DNA of 64,000 nucleotides from Sphagnum compactum (Eukaryota). Of this stretch, positions 24,301-38,400 are shown piece after piece. Positions within the stretch are counted from its first letter, which is position 1; the number at the start of each line of letters is the position of its first letter. A model generated the notes under the pieces. It did not search any database. It was given only the letters and a program-made list of their open reading frames with translations, and was not told the origin of the DNA. The position numbers and the translations under genes are program-made. The stretch is from contig OZ234493.1 in assembly GCA_965153455.1 (NCBI GenBank), forward strand, positions 20,078,213 through 20,142,212, read 5' to 3'.

Positions 24301-25573
24301 ATTATTGATTGATGTACCCACGTTTCCCCCCCCCCCCCCCCTCTCCCTCTCCAGTCCTCCTCTCCCTTTCTCCCACTTTGGATCAGAGACAGATCTGACA
24401 TGGGGGGACCTGCACAGGTATGGTACCCGAGCCCGCTTCCCTTCCCCCCTTAAATGAGTCTTGGGTACGGTGTTTCTTTGCCACACAGGTGTTGTGGGAA
24501 ACCCTAACTTTTTAAAATGATAACAATTTGTGACAACTTCTTGTTCACTCAAAAAATTGGACCCAAAAACTAATCTCTTTGGTTACTGGATAGATACTTT
24601 TAGTATTCGCCTGTACTACACCATTCAAATTCCTTAGCTAGTCAATGGCCACTCTAGGGTTTTGGAATGCATAAAACAGGCCAGTGTTGTAAATGTGGCA
24701 AGGACAAGTTTCCTTGGTTAGCTTGGACTCTGAAGTAGGTTCAATGAGCATTCTTTCCATTGGCCTTTCTCCGCACAAGAGCAGGCTTAGAACTTGTACC
24801 CATGGCCCGTATTCCTTACCATGCCAATCCATGGCATTTATATCATGGCATGGGAATCCATTCATGTGTGCATGTGGATTGCATGCATGTCATGATATCG
24901 TGCATCTGTCTTCACTTTGGAAATGCCATATTGACCCTATGACCGATGGTTAGCTCATGCCATTTCAAAATATTCCACCCCTTACCATATACCCTATAAA
25001 ATAAAGACGGAAGCTTGAAAGTTATTATTCTATAGACTAGACCTTTGTTTCATACATCGTGTGCATTATACCATGTTTATTGGTGACGCATAACTCTTGA
25101 CATTCAAACATACTTTGAATTTTTACGAAGGAATCTAGTTTTTTAATGAGCATAGTGTTTTTTATAGTTTGGTTACTAATTTCTTATCATGCACAAATTC
25201 TAGAATGTCAACAAGTTTATATTTATGCAATTAACATTGTCTTTTGTAAAATCTATCTATTAGGAAGGTTGTTTGTTTATTTTCTTTGTCAACTACATCT
25301 CCATAAGTTCTTCAACCGAATTTGACTATTAACAAAAAATGACAGGAAAAAATTGAACACTGATTTATATTTTTTGCTAGATACTTGTACCATGTATAGA
25401 AAGCTGGCGATTTTTTTCAATTTTTGGCTTTTTTTTCCAAAAACATCATTGACTCTACAATAAAATAAATCCTAAATTTTTCACAAGAAAAGTGGTTGGT
25501 TCTACAGATTGGATCTAATATGTAATATTTTAGAAATTAATAATGTATATTACTTGTTGTATATTATATTAAC

Positions 25574-25620
25574 ATGTCATATTGTGTGATACACACACAT
25601 TGTATCACACAATATGACAT
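25574..25620. repeat. perfect 20-bp inverted repeat, 7-nt spacer
   Basis: atgtcatattgtgtgataca-cacacat-tgtatcacacaatatgacat. Confidence 0.95.
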
Positions 25621-28600
25621 ATCTAGGCCTACATCAACATTTTTAATGCCATTACTTCATATTTACATATCTCACTCATAATCTTGAAAGCAAGGCTCTA
25701 AAAAATAGCAAATCACTAATAGCAAAGCAAGTGGCTTAAGTAATCCAATCAACAAAGATGGGAGACCATGTTGTGAAATCCAATCAAACAATCTAACCAA
25801 TCCACAAAAAGATTTAGACTTCACCATGTTTTTTGTTAACGACTACATCATGTGCAAATATGTTGTACCAAAATCATTTTTTTGAACCAAAATAACAATG
25901 TTTTACTATTCTACATTCAAAACATGCTTTTACAATGTGTGGGTGATGATACAATACATATTGCATAAATTTCATACATTATATTACATGTTGTACATTA
26001 GAATATAACTTCTATGACATATAATCACACATTAATGATTACATTACAAAATGTTATACACGTTTAGAAGAATGCAAAGACATTTAAACATGCATTAGCA
26101 CAACATTTTGCAATACTCTAATAATTTGCACATGTGACATTGAGTTTTTAAGAAAAATATAAAAGTTATAGATCAATGTTACACACATGAAAACTTATTC
26201 AAGAATCATGCCTAGACATAAATTGTGCAACCACAACATACACATCAAAGTTTAGTAAGTCCAACACAATTCTCTTCACACTTAGTGAGGATAGTAAACT
26301 ATCCTGCTGGTTAGGGTTGAGGCTTGTAGCCAGAGTTATTAAAACACAAATCAGAAAAAAGAAAAAAGGCATGCTACTTGGCATTGCTAAGGCAATACAA
26401 ATGTGTTTTAAATTGCATGTATATTCTAAAGTATGGTCTTTCAACCTTGAAACATGTTGAGTTGTAAACCTTATTATGTAGAACTATCAAGTTTGAAATT
26501 ACAACATAGCTTTGCAATGATCAGATTAAGAAAATTGTTCATTCATACTTCTTACATTATATAGGCACTTTATAAATATCAAGGTACAACATACTAACAA
26601 ACAACAGGCTAGGAGAAATACCTTGACAACATAAAAGTATAATACCATGTGTACTAACTTCTTATTTAGAGAAGCTACATATACCTTTTGTGCAACATCT
26701 ATATGTTAAAAAGGATATGAATAGTAAGAAGACATGCCTTGTAGAAGCAAAACAAAGAAGCAAAAGTGAATAGATATGAAATGTTGGTGCCATCAACTAG
26801 ATGCAATTGGCATACTATTGAACCCACCGGAAGAAAATGTGTTTTCCTTAAATGTGATGATTTCTTGCCTCGCCTTGTGTTTTACCTTGCCTTGTAGGGC
26901 ATTGCCTTTACCTTGCCTTGTAAGGTATTGCGACTTATATCATGATGGAAATGATGAAATGACCACAGATAAAGGCTGCCAATGCCAACTTAACTAAGAA
27001 CATAATACAGGTGCCAACTTTACAAATTTGTGTTGGTACATCTTATGATGCAAAATCTTCAAGGTTGATCATAACAGTGTGGCTGCATTGTTTTGTTTTC
27101 AAGAGGAATGGATAATGTGACCATTCAACATCTTGTCTTTATATCCATGGTTACAAATATGCCAATATTTTCTTTCCAAACATGGTCACAAGTCACACCA
27201 CCTAATAAAGAATCATGACTACTTGTCAAACCTTTCAATTGTTGAATCTTGGGAAACATGTAATAGGAGCTTGGGAGCACACTTGTAAGGAGTTAGAGAT
27301 GAAAATACAATTACCAAATTTCAAATGTCATGTGGGTTTTTATCCAGTTCAAAATGTACAATTTTTTTGCCACTAGAGTAGCTGAATATCCTAACTGGTT
27401 TGAACTTTGAACCTCATTTTTCTCACATAATTTGGTTTTCCTGTGCTTGGAATTTTTGCTTAGAAAGAAGGACCCTATGAGATGTGGGGATGGAGACAGG
27501 TCTAGCTACTTACTAAATCCAGTGTTGGGGAAGAGAAAACAGTAGCAAAGGATAGAGGCAAAACATGGCTCGATGTTTGAGCACCTGCAGCTAATGGCAG
27601 CGAAGAAACAGCCGCCACTTCGTGGGGAAGCTGCTACACACGCAAATATGACAAACGACATATCATTCATTCTCTTCACCCTCATGCGGTTTTGGGCGAT
27701 CCAAATGTCGGCTTATTTATGGTGGGGCGAGAATTAAACGTTGGCCAAAACATAGTTGCAGCCGAATTAGATGAGCTGGGAAATCAGATGCAAGCTTTCC
27801 TGTCGAGTCATCCTTGCTAGATTCTTAGTGCAATGTCAGACGGTTAGATCTGAATTGCTTCATCAGACTTAACGTCAATTGGGTTTCTGGCCCGGGCGCT
27901 GTTTGGCCCACTTAATGACGCTAAATTGTAAGTAAGTAAGTAAGTAAGAGTTGAGAATCCACATGCAGCCTCCACCGGAGCTTTAGCCACGATTCTGGCT
28001 GCAAAGAAAAGAGGGTGGTGATGATGATGAGCGTGTTGCCAGTTCTTCCTGGATTTTGGCCGGTTCCGGTTCTCAGGCCGGTTCCCAAGTACCTGCATAA
28101 AGTTTTTGGGAAAAAAGTTCAGGGATTGGAATTAGAACCAGAACCAACCTCACAACTAGAACTGGAAACCGGCTTCTGGCTAGAACTGAACCTGGAACTG
28201 GGTTCTTGGTTCCATTTACTTGTGGAACCAGAATCAAGATTTTTGAGAAAAAGGATTAGATCCGGCAGTTAACCGGAGGTTAACTGCTGGTTTTGGCTCT
28301 TAAAAGGCTGTAGTTCTAGAACTGGTTCCAAAAATCAAGCCTGATTCCAATTTGGGTTTTACTAATTGGAATGGAAATTGACTGATGGCTCTAACCTGCC
28401 AAACCAGGTATCCGCTCAACAATGGTTATTACTGATCTTGGGTGGTTTAGGATGTTTTTAATGATATTTAACAATAAGAATATAAATATTCATACATCTC
28501 CTCAAAACGAACTTTTTTCACAATGGAATCTGAATTTCTTGCTCAAAGTTAAGATTATATAATGATAGTCTTGAAATTACAAATGTAGACATTGTTCTTA

Positions 28601-29626
28601 ATCATCAAGTTACTACCATTCCATGATTGCTTTCAAAAAAAGTAAGTAACTTGCATTTGGAACCAATAATTTGGGTTCTCACCACGTGATTGGTTGGCAC
28701 TTTGAAATTATATTCACAAAAACTCACTAAAGGTATAATTTATATGAGAGTGGGTGGTGCCCCAATCTTATTGATTAGAAAAAACTTATGCTTTTTATTG
28801 CATGTGTGGATCATTATTGCCTAAACAAGCTGAAGATGAAATACAAATGCATTGTGCCCGTGCTTTATAAACTTCTTGATTAATTAGATCACACAAAGGT
28901 ATACACTACACACCAAATTCAAATTTTGTGTTATGTGCAACCTAATGGATAGCATTCTAAATTGATGGATGGAAGACCTCGTCTTGAATGTGAGATGATT
29001 ATTTAAATACATTTTGATGCATTTTATGACTCCAAGTTTTGTACTTTTGTGCACAATATAATGTGAAAATTATTTGGATCAGTTTTTGTTTAACTTAATA
29101 ATGACCTCCTTATTTAAATCACATATGATTCTAAAAATATGATTCAAAACTAGATAATTGGAAATTTTAGAAAAGAAAATTATGTAGTTTTCAATACATA
29201 CAAACCATGGAAAACATGTATGGACTTCTATAAGGTCTCATCAAACCATGGCAAATATCTAGCAAGTTATCCTTGGTTCATGGAATTTTTAAAAAGATTA
29301 TTAGTGGTCAAAATTGTGAAAATACATGAAAGCTTTTTCATTTTTGTAATGTTTTGCACAAGAAAAAATTATTGGCCTTGTCTAGAGATATTCCTATAGT
29401 ATGGCCAATGTTTGCATCATTTCAATTTCCAATTTCCAAGGACTTCATAACAAATTTCCAATCTTCCAATCCATTTGACAATTGATTCCATGTTTCAAAA
29501 GGTGGAAATATCAAGTAAATCAAACATGTATCTGAAAACTTTATTTGCAAAATTTATTATCCTAAAAACAATTGGGTATTGTCATGTCTATGTAACAAAA
29601 TTTGTTTACAATGATATAGTGCATAT

Positions 29627-29862
29627 CACTTTAAGAAAATATGGTGTTTGTCACACAAACGGCCACGGCTCATGACACATGTGTGAAGCAAATTTTGTGG
29701 TTTCATCCATTATAATGTACAATACATTGTGGTGGTTATTGTGGCATATATTACATTAAAATTACAACTTGACAATAAATTAGCACACATATTACACAAA
29801 TTGAGAAATTATGTCATGAACCATGACCTTTTGTGTGAAAAAAACCACAATTTCTTGTAGTG
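29627..29862. mobile_element. CACTA-derived MITE (236 bp)
   Basis: Ends CACTTTAAGAAA / TTTCTTGTAGTG with a ~50-bp imperfect subterminal inverted repeat. Flanked by AT (ATAT) on both sides. Confidence 0.8.
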
Positions 29863-30500
29863 ATATACATGAACATAACACCTTCATTTCCAATTCATGA
29901 TTTACACATTAAATTTGATGTCCATAGATCATGAACATTGTAACCATGTGAACAACATGGTTGATAACCATTTGGAGTTAAATTAATTTTAGATTTTTAA
30001 ATATTTAAAATGGCATTTAAGGAAGATGTTTACCAACACCAAAAAAAAATACAACTTGGATTATTCATCACCATCAAACAAACAAATAAATTTACACTTT
30101 GATTCAAATTCATAGACAAAAATATTTATTTTGAATTTTAAAAATAAAACCATCTCCATCGATTTGCAAATTTCATGTAAGAATTTATTTATTTTGAAAT
30201 ATGAGTAATTGTGAAATGTATTTAAAAAGTAGGTTGATATTTTGTTCCAAATATGTATTAAACTTATGTCCAGCAAAGAAAACATAAAATATATTTTTGA
30301 TGGTGCCATCAAAAATATAATGATCTTTATGTCCTGACCTAATTTTTAGTATATATTTCATGGAATATGTTGTGATGAAGGTTCCTTGAATATGAATATA
30401 CCAATGACTAAATGGAAATATGTTTTGTTTATTTTAAATATTTTGGAAATATAGTTTTATAAGTGCAACAAAGAAGCCAAAGGGAACTTTTATATCATAC

Positions 30501-31309
30501 TGTGACCAAAAAGGAGGAGACCCAGAAAGCAACCGGACCCCTCTACCGTAGCCCATCCAGATTGAACAACACTTCAGACTGATCCAGATTCACACACACA
30601 ATACACTCACATCGGCGATCCACATTCAGGACCCCCAGTGCTCTACCTGCCTAACTCTGATTGAGAAGTATTACGACACACGGTGCATAGCTCTACACTA
30701 ACATTCATAGTTACAGCATCCATTCACACGAATTATCAAAACCAAACTCCACCTTCCAGGCATTCACAGATCAGTCTTTACAAATCCTCCGACATCACAA
30801 GCTCCATAGCTCCTCTCGACTAGTCCTACAGCACCTGTACTCTACTCTCCCAATTACCCTCAGATCAGAAGCTTCATCAGGCTAATCGCTAATTGCAGCG
30901 GAAGTAAAAACTAGCAACCAGCAAAAGAAACAGACTTCTCTCTGAGCTCTCAACTCACAAAATCTCGCACTCTCCACTGTCAGTTCTGCCTTTCTTCTTG
31001 CTAATCCCTCCTTTTTCTTTTGCTCCTCCTCCTGGCTTCCTCCAGAAGTTACCTTACTTGCATAACTTCCCCCCCGTCCATGAATGCAGCGCCGCACCAA
31101 TTCATTAACAGCGCCGTCATCTTCAGCAACCCCATAGACCGACCTTCATGCAGCCCATGCACATTCGGCAGCCTGATCCTTCGATCGTAACAAAATCCGC
31201 CGCCACTCATGAATGGAGGCGGCGAGATTGAGTCTGTTTTCCATTATTGTATCTTCACCATCCACACAATCTAGGAGTCTCAAGTTCGGTTACCCGTCGT
31301 TCGGCCACA
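30501..31309 (-). mobile_element. young solo LTR, 4-bp TSD ATAC
   Basis: TGTGACC...GGCCACA termini, with ATAC at 30497-30500 and 31310-31313. CpG-rich. The minus-strand end TTTTTGGTCACA resembles the element 2 LTR end TTTTTGGTTACA; strand is inferred from that. Confidence 0.85.
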
Positions 31310-31624
31310 ATACTTCCACCCCTTTTGATGTTCTTTTAATATTTTTTTCATATGCATGACATAGAATAACACTTGTCATTCGGAATGTTTTGGTCTATTT
31401 TACCATGCTTACACCCTTGGGTTTGATGTTTATGAACAAAGTTGTGACTTAACATGACATTTTGAAAAGTATTTACAGATTCATTAGCAATTATTGCAAA
31501 CAGTTTAAACACTTTTCATGAATATTTTTGTTAAGAGGAATATAATGTCAAAACAAAATCACTTGATTTAATAGTTCATAAGAATTGTACATGTGAAGCC
31601 TACAATGTTTAAATGGTAGGTTGT

Positions 31625-32110
31625 TTGCCATTGGCACAAGAACTATGAAGATGAATGTCAAACCTAAGTTTAAATCCAAACATGAATCATAAAAATAAGA
31701 CAAATTCACAAGAGGTTAAAAACAAATGTAAAACCAAAGTGCAAACAAATCTCTATTGTGATCAAATATGAAAACGTAAACATAAACAAAACATAACAAG
31801 GTTATGAAACAAGATCATACCTTAAACTAATGTTGAACAAACTAAAATAATGGGGGTCTTACTTTTATTTATAGGCCTTTGGGGATTTGACTTAAAAAAA
31901 ACTTCCATGGTGATTTTCATGTGCCCATTGATTAGACAAACTTCTTAAGAAGCTTCCTAACTACAAATGAACTATGAGTTAATTAAAAATTAATTAAGAG
32001 TGAATTAAAAGTTAATTGTGAATCAACTCAAAGTTAATTATGATCATGGATGAACATCCATATGGATGAACTCCATTCATTGTGTGAAAATGATGTACAT
32101 GATGTCATCA
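31625..32110. repeat. family X copy (degenerate)
   Basis: Shares aaactaatgttgaa, aactatga.ttaatta and tcatggatgaacat blocks with 11298-11942. Confidence 0.6.
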
Positions 32111-32331
32111 AATTAAGTTTATTCTTCATCATTCATTTATGGATACTATTAAACATTTTAAAAATTGTTTGGCAAGGTTTATAAATGATGGGCTTATTGA
32201 AGAATAATATAATGAACTTTTTATAATCCTTGTTTCCAATAGTTATATCATATTACCCATTCACCATTTCAGAAGAATACAACCTAATTTTTACTATTGT
32301 TTAACATATCATGATATAAGAAACTTCATGT

Positions 32332-34991
32332 CACTACAAAGAATTTTGCATATTATCAATTGGTTTTTTCAATCATAAATGCCACAACCAATTGCAAATT
32401 TCTCTAGTTGACATTGGGGAAATTGTGGCACCTAGTCAAACAATAAACACATTGAGGTGTGGCTAACACAAACTTTTCATCCACCTAACATCTAGCTAAT
32501 GTGGCATAGTCATTTACAACTAGTTTTTATAACTAAAAATTTGCAATTGCATATGCCTATGTAACATGATCATATGTCATTTGTTTTATAACTAAAATGT
32601 GGACATGCCTAAATTTTTTTCTATCACTGAAATGTTGGCATGTGACAAGCTCCAAATTGAACAAATGACAGCACATGGCCTACCTAGTCTAAGAAGCCTT
32701 GGTGGCTTAAGCTACACACCTCAACTTAAAGTAAACACTTAATTTTTTTAGTTTAGACTAAGGTAGATATGTTGTAGTAATAAGGATTTGATAAAATGTT
32801 TATCATTGCACCAAATTTTATGTAATATGAAATGAAACCACATATTAAGCACTTTAACTAACTTATTTAATTCACTTATTCAATCTACCCTAGGCTATGT
32901 AGGCTACATAGGGGCCTATCTTAGAGCTACCTAGACTAACTAGAGTACCTAAAGGCCTATTTAGGGATTAATAAGACTAACTAAAATACCTATGGGGATA
33001 CCTAGGGGTTGCCTAAGCTACCTTAACTAAATAGGATACCTAGGGGTTTCCTAAAGGCTACTTAAATTAAATAAAATACCTAGGGATTGCTTAGGGTACT
33101 TATGGCATTTAGCATTTCATGGGCTACTTAAGAGTTTCCCTAGCCTACCTAAGGACTTAGGGCCTACCTAGGGGCTATCTAGGTGACATGAGGGCACCTA
33201 ACAACTTAGGGGCTATTAAAGGGTTGCCTAGGCTACTTAGGGTACTTCTAAAAGCTACTTATTTAAATTATTTAAACTATTTTGAGTACCTAAGGGTCTA
33301 CATAAGCATTGTTAAACTACTTAAGGGCTATTTCTTTGTCATGAATGCTAATATTATATATGGTCACATGATGAATGGAGTTCATTCACATGGATTTCCA
33401 TTCATGGCTTTGTAGTTCACTCATTGTTCATTCTTAAATAACTTATAGTTAATTCGTAAATCATATTTAGATGTTTTTAACTAACTCCCAATTCACTTTT
33501 AGATTACTTTTAACTAATTCATAGTTCACTCCCAAGTTTTTCTAGTTCACTTTTAATTAACTTTTACTTGACTCATAGTTAACTTTAAATTCATTTTAAT
33601 TGAATCCTAATTAACTCATGATTCGTTTATAGTTAGGAAATCTCTTAATAAGCTTCCTTAGTTGGTGGGCACATGGAAACCTCCATGGAAATTTCCTTGA
33701 ATTAAGTCCCCAAAAGGGTGTAAATAAAAGTGTGCCCTTCATTACTTTCAATCTATTCAACATTAATTAATCCAAAGTACAATCTTGTTGCATACCTTTG
33801 TTATGTTCCTTTTTTGTTTATGTTTTGATGATTTATTACAATAAAAATTTATTTACACTTTTGTTTCCACATTTTATGTTTTTATTTTTAGCCTCTTGTG
33901 CTTTTGTCTTGGTTTTTATGTTTTGTGTTGGATTTCGACTTAGGTTTGTTTTTTCATCAGTTGTTTTCATAGTTCTCATGCCCTTGACATGACCTAAGTT
34001 ATTTAAACTACTTTAAATATCTAGAGGTCTACCTAGGGTGGGGCTACCAATGGTGTCTAAAGGTTGTTTAAAGTACTTAAAGGGGCTTACCTAGGAGTTC
34101 CTTAAAGGTTACGTAGGTTGCATAAACTACCTAAGGGTTATTTAGATTACCTAAGAACATACATAAACGCTACCTAGGGGTTGTTAAAGTACCTAAGGAC
34201 CTATGTTATCTATGGGCATACTTAAAGGTTATGTAAACTATTTAGGGCCATCTAGGGGTTATTTAAAAATTGTTTAAATTAACTAGAGTACCTCCAGGCC
34301 TACATGGGGGGTTGCATAAACTACTTAAGCTACCTAGGGGTTACCTAGACTAATTTAGGTATCTAAGGGCCTACCTAAGGGTTATTTAAGGTATTGCGAG
34401 ATGTACCAAGGGCTTACCTAGACTATTTACAATACTTAGTATGGGTTCCCTAGTTTATCTAAAATACCTAAATGTTGTTTAGGCTACCTAGGGGTTGCCT
34501 AGGCTATCTAGGGTACTTATGATACCTACCTAAGTGTGTACTACAAGGCTACTTAGACTACCTAGGGGCTATCTATTTCTAAGCTCCAATAAGTTAACAT
34601 GACATGTTGCATACATTACTTTACTATTAGAACATGTACATTTGTAATTATGATATATATTTACAATTTGAATTGAACAAAACACCAAATGTTGTTTAAT
34701 CACCTATGAAGCACATTACTAATCACAAAACAATTAAGTTTTCATCTATTATTGGACACCACTAATTGTGAATAATATGAAAAAAAATTCATCCTCAATT
34801 TTGTCCAAACCAATAATAGTTGCGAATCATAGTCACATGTATAATTAAAAACCATTTTGTAACTGAATATGTGACCACAAGTCATTTTTACCACATGCCA
34901 CATAGGATAGTTGAAGTGGTAGGTGTATAATTAGTTAATTTGGATGCAAGTTGCAAAAACATGGGTTGTTATGACAAGATTCCTTGTAATG
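32332..34991. mobile_element. non-autonomous CACTA element, TSD TGT, with internal 'ctacctagggg' degenerate tandem array
   Basis: CACTACAAAGAA / TTCCTTGTAATG, with TGT at 32329-32331 and 34992-34994. Confidence 0.8.
33337..33989. mobile_element. family X copy nested (inverted) in the CACTA element
   Basis: TGTCATG...TTGACA; reverse-complement homology to 31625-32110. It interrupts the ctacctagg array. Confidence 0.7.
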
Positions 34992-36477
34992 TGTGTTCAA
35001 CATTATGACATTTTGTCTTGATGTCCTTGTTTTAATCTTTCATTTTCTTTATTTATTTATTTGTCGTGTCCTAATTCTTCTTTGTTCCATCTTAAGTTTA
35101 TTTTAAGTTTGTTCATGATTTTATCCATGTGACATTTTCTTGTTTATTTTTACTACATATAAATATTACACATTTAGTGAAATAATAGTGACTTTGAATC
35201 AACTTCCACCAATTGAAAAATAATAAATAACCTTAATGTCACTTGATGGTTTTGAAAAATCTTTTCAAATCTTATAAGCATTTAAAAAACTAATAGTATT
35301 TGTCATGAATGATGTCTTCCAATTAATTGTTGCCACTAAGACCTTGCAATTAAATCCCATGCATTCATAATAAATATTTAGATGAAGTTAAATGTATCAT
35401 GATTTTGAGGTTTTCTTTAACCAATTTAATTTACATAATCTTATGAGTTGTAAATCAAAATTGTTACCATTCAATGTTTTAATTTTTTTTACTTTCAAAT
35501 CATGACTCGTGTTTGCAATTAAATTTCTTTCCCAAAAAATGAACATCCTTGTTGATGTCAAAAAAAATTATTATTATTATGCATGGACAATAACAAGATA
35601 ATTTTCTTTATGAATAACCACAGGATTTTTTAAAAACTATTTGTAGCAATCATATGAATTTGAATAAAGGATTCCAATCTTCTATATCTTCATTTTGGTC
35701 ATTGATTAAATGTAGTTTTGATATATTAATTCTTACACAACAATTGTCTAATAAAATTGATGTGTTGTTCATTAGGAGATCAAAAGATTTAAATGAATTT
35801 TTTTACATTTTTTAAAATTTTGGGATTAAAATGAATGTGCACAAAAACCATTTTGCAAATGGATAATGGAAAACTATTTCAATTCCAAAGCATCATTGTT
35901 GAAGGACTTCTTTTTTAAGAAATTTAAAAGTGATTGCTATTTTAAGCCAATAAATTTTATTTAATGTATTTTCCAATAAAAGAATTTAAGCTCCAAAATA
36001 TTTCCAATTTGGGTTAAGGATAACATTATATAGGATCTCAATAATATTTAGTTAGGTATGGGTAAAAGTTTTAAAAATCAGCACAAACCCTATTTCTTGG
36101 GGAGGTTTTTGTTTTGTATATTTTATGAAACACAATGGAATAAAGGAGTATTTTTTTCTATGTAATGAAATAATAGAATGTTATCAGGATATTATATTAA
36201 AAGTGAAAATATTTTAGATATATTTTAAGTATATTTTCATAATCCAATTCTTGCCATCCTATTTACATTGAAGTGAATTATAAAGGTATTTTTTTCATTA
36301 AATTTCACCTTATAACTTCTTTTGTGTGTCATCTAGAAAAAATTGGAAGCTTAACCTCCCCTAGCCTTATTTATAAAATAAGATTATGGGCATATATGTA
36401 ATTTTTACATGACATACTCTATGTACAAGAATTAGCAAATGGCATGTAAACAATAAAACAAATTAGAATATGTACAA

Positions 36478-38400
36478 TAACACACCCCTAGGTCTTTTTA
36501 ATGGTATAATGGCAAAGCTTGCCAATTCTTAGTTTTGTCATGAAATGCAAACCTAAGTTATGTTCTGTAACTTTCAAGGTGAAAGAATGTGTGTGAGCTC
36601 TAGGATGAAACTAAGGGATGTGAACGAACCAATTATATAGATGAACTTTTAATCAAGGTTCATAATGATGGGTGCAAGTGTGACAAAGTAGACCAAAACA
36701 TTATTAATATTCATTTTTATCTTGTATTATGCATATGAAAACAATAAAGAGTCTCAAAATGGATGGAAATATGATAAAAAATCATATATTCCATCTAATA
36801 TATTTACAAAAAATTACCTGCAAAAAACTATGAACAAATAAGTTTTTAAATAGATATTTAAATTATCCTTGTTTATTGGATGGTAAATTTTTATTTAAGA
36901 AGCCTTCAACAAAAGATGTTAAGTGAAATGTACTTATATTAGGTCAAGTCATAAAAATTGTTGTATTTTTTAAGGGACCATCAACTTTATATTTTATTGC
37001 TTCTTTATTTATTGTACGTAACATGCATTTTACAAAAATTCACACTTCAAAAAATAGATTTCAAAAGTCACTTGTGTTTTAAATTTTACCTATTGAAAAT
37101 CAATTTATATGATGCAAAATATGAAAATTCATGCACAATTTAGTGAAGAATTATTTTGTCTTTATCTTTTCATTCAAGTTAAAAAATTTAATGCATATTT
37201 TATTGAGAATTTTGTTGTTATATTATGTTCATTTTTCAAGTATACAAACAAGGCAATAAAATTGTTCATTTTATCTTATTTTGACCTCATGTCAAATTGC
37301 ACAAACCAAAAAAGAGAAGGTAGTAATATAGTTAAAAATCAAAATGGTGTATGGATGAGCCACAAATTAACTTAAATTCACAAGACACACCATGCCTTGA
37401 ACTTGGAAAAAATCAACATTGTCCTCGCTATAATATGATAATACTATGCAATTTCTTGAAAACAATTTTTCCTAGGACTCCCAGATGTTGCTAATTTACA
37501 AGTCCCACCAAATTGGGGGCTCATAATTTTCTTGTTTCACTTCTAATTGGAAAGTTTTCAATCTTGTTGGCAAGTTCCTTGATTTGGAATGTTAAACTTG
37601 AAGGGTTCAACTTCAAGTTTTTCAATCTTGTGACTGAGATTTGAATTATCACCCTTTTAGTGGAGCTAATACAAAGACTAAGCTATGAAACTAGCTTTTT
37701 GCTAAGGTTGGAGTTAGAATAAATTTTTTGAAAATGAACTTACAAAAATAAGTTCAAGGTTTTAAGGTAGGCACATTGAAATTTGTTTAAAAGTTAGTAA
37801 GCACACTGAACTTTATAAATAGCTAATTGGTTTTAATTTGTTGTAAAACTCTATACCTATAGAATTTCCAACCTTGGGGAATATGTAGTGTGACATGGAT
37901 CTAGACCTTATTTTCGAACCAAACTTGAAGTTTCTTGAATGTGAAAAAAAAATCAAAACCAAAACTATAAGTTTAGAAATTTAAGAAACTAGGTTCAAAC
38001 CCACACTTGGAAAACCAACCAATATTTTTTCAAAGTGTAAAAAAGAAGTATCAACCAACATAAGATTTGACCCTTTTAATCATTTTGATGATTTGACCCT
38101 TCTAATCGAATGGCCATTTAATTTGTATTTTAGATCTTTGATTTCAAAATGTGAGCCCAATTTAGTTATCTACTCTTCAAGACCTTTCTAGTAATGTAAA
38201 GAGAATTTAATTTAAACAAGGTTTGATCCTCTAACTTTGTAAACCTTAATCTGAAATCCAAATGAGCTTTGGACTCTCAACTCCTAGTGTGATAATGCAT
38301 TTTAAAATGTTCAAACTCCCTCATTTGCACTCTTTCACAATTGTGGGAGTGTGTTGGAGTCCCAAAATAACTTGACCTCTCTCCCAACCCATTTCCCTTT
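36478..38400. repeat. old fragmented relative of solo-LTR family S, with insertions
   Basis: Blocks at ~36478-36660, ~37330-37520 and ~38140-38400 follow the motif order of 5652-6558 (cacaagac..accatg.c.tg.acttgg; cactcttt). Confidence 0.4.
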
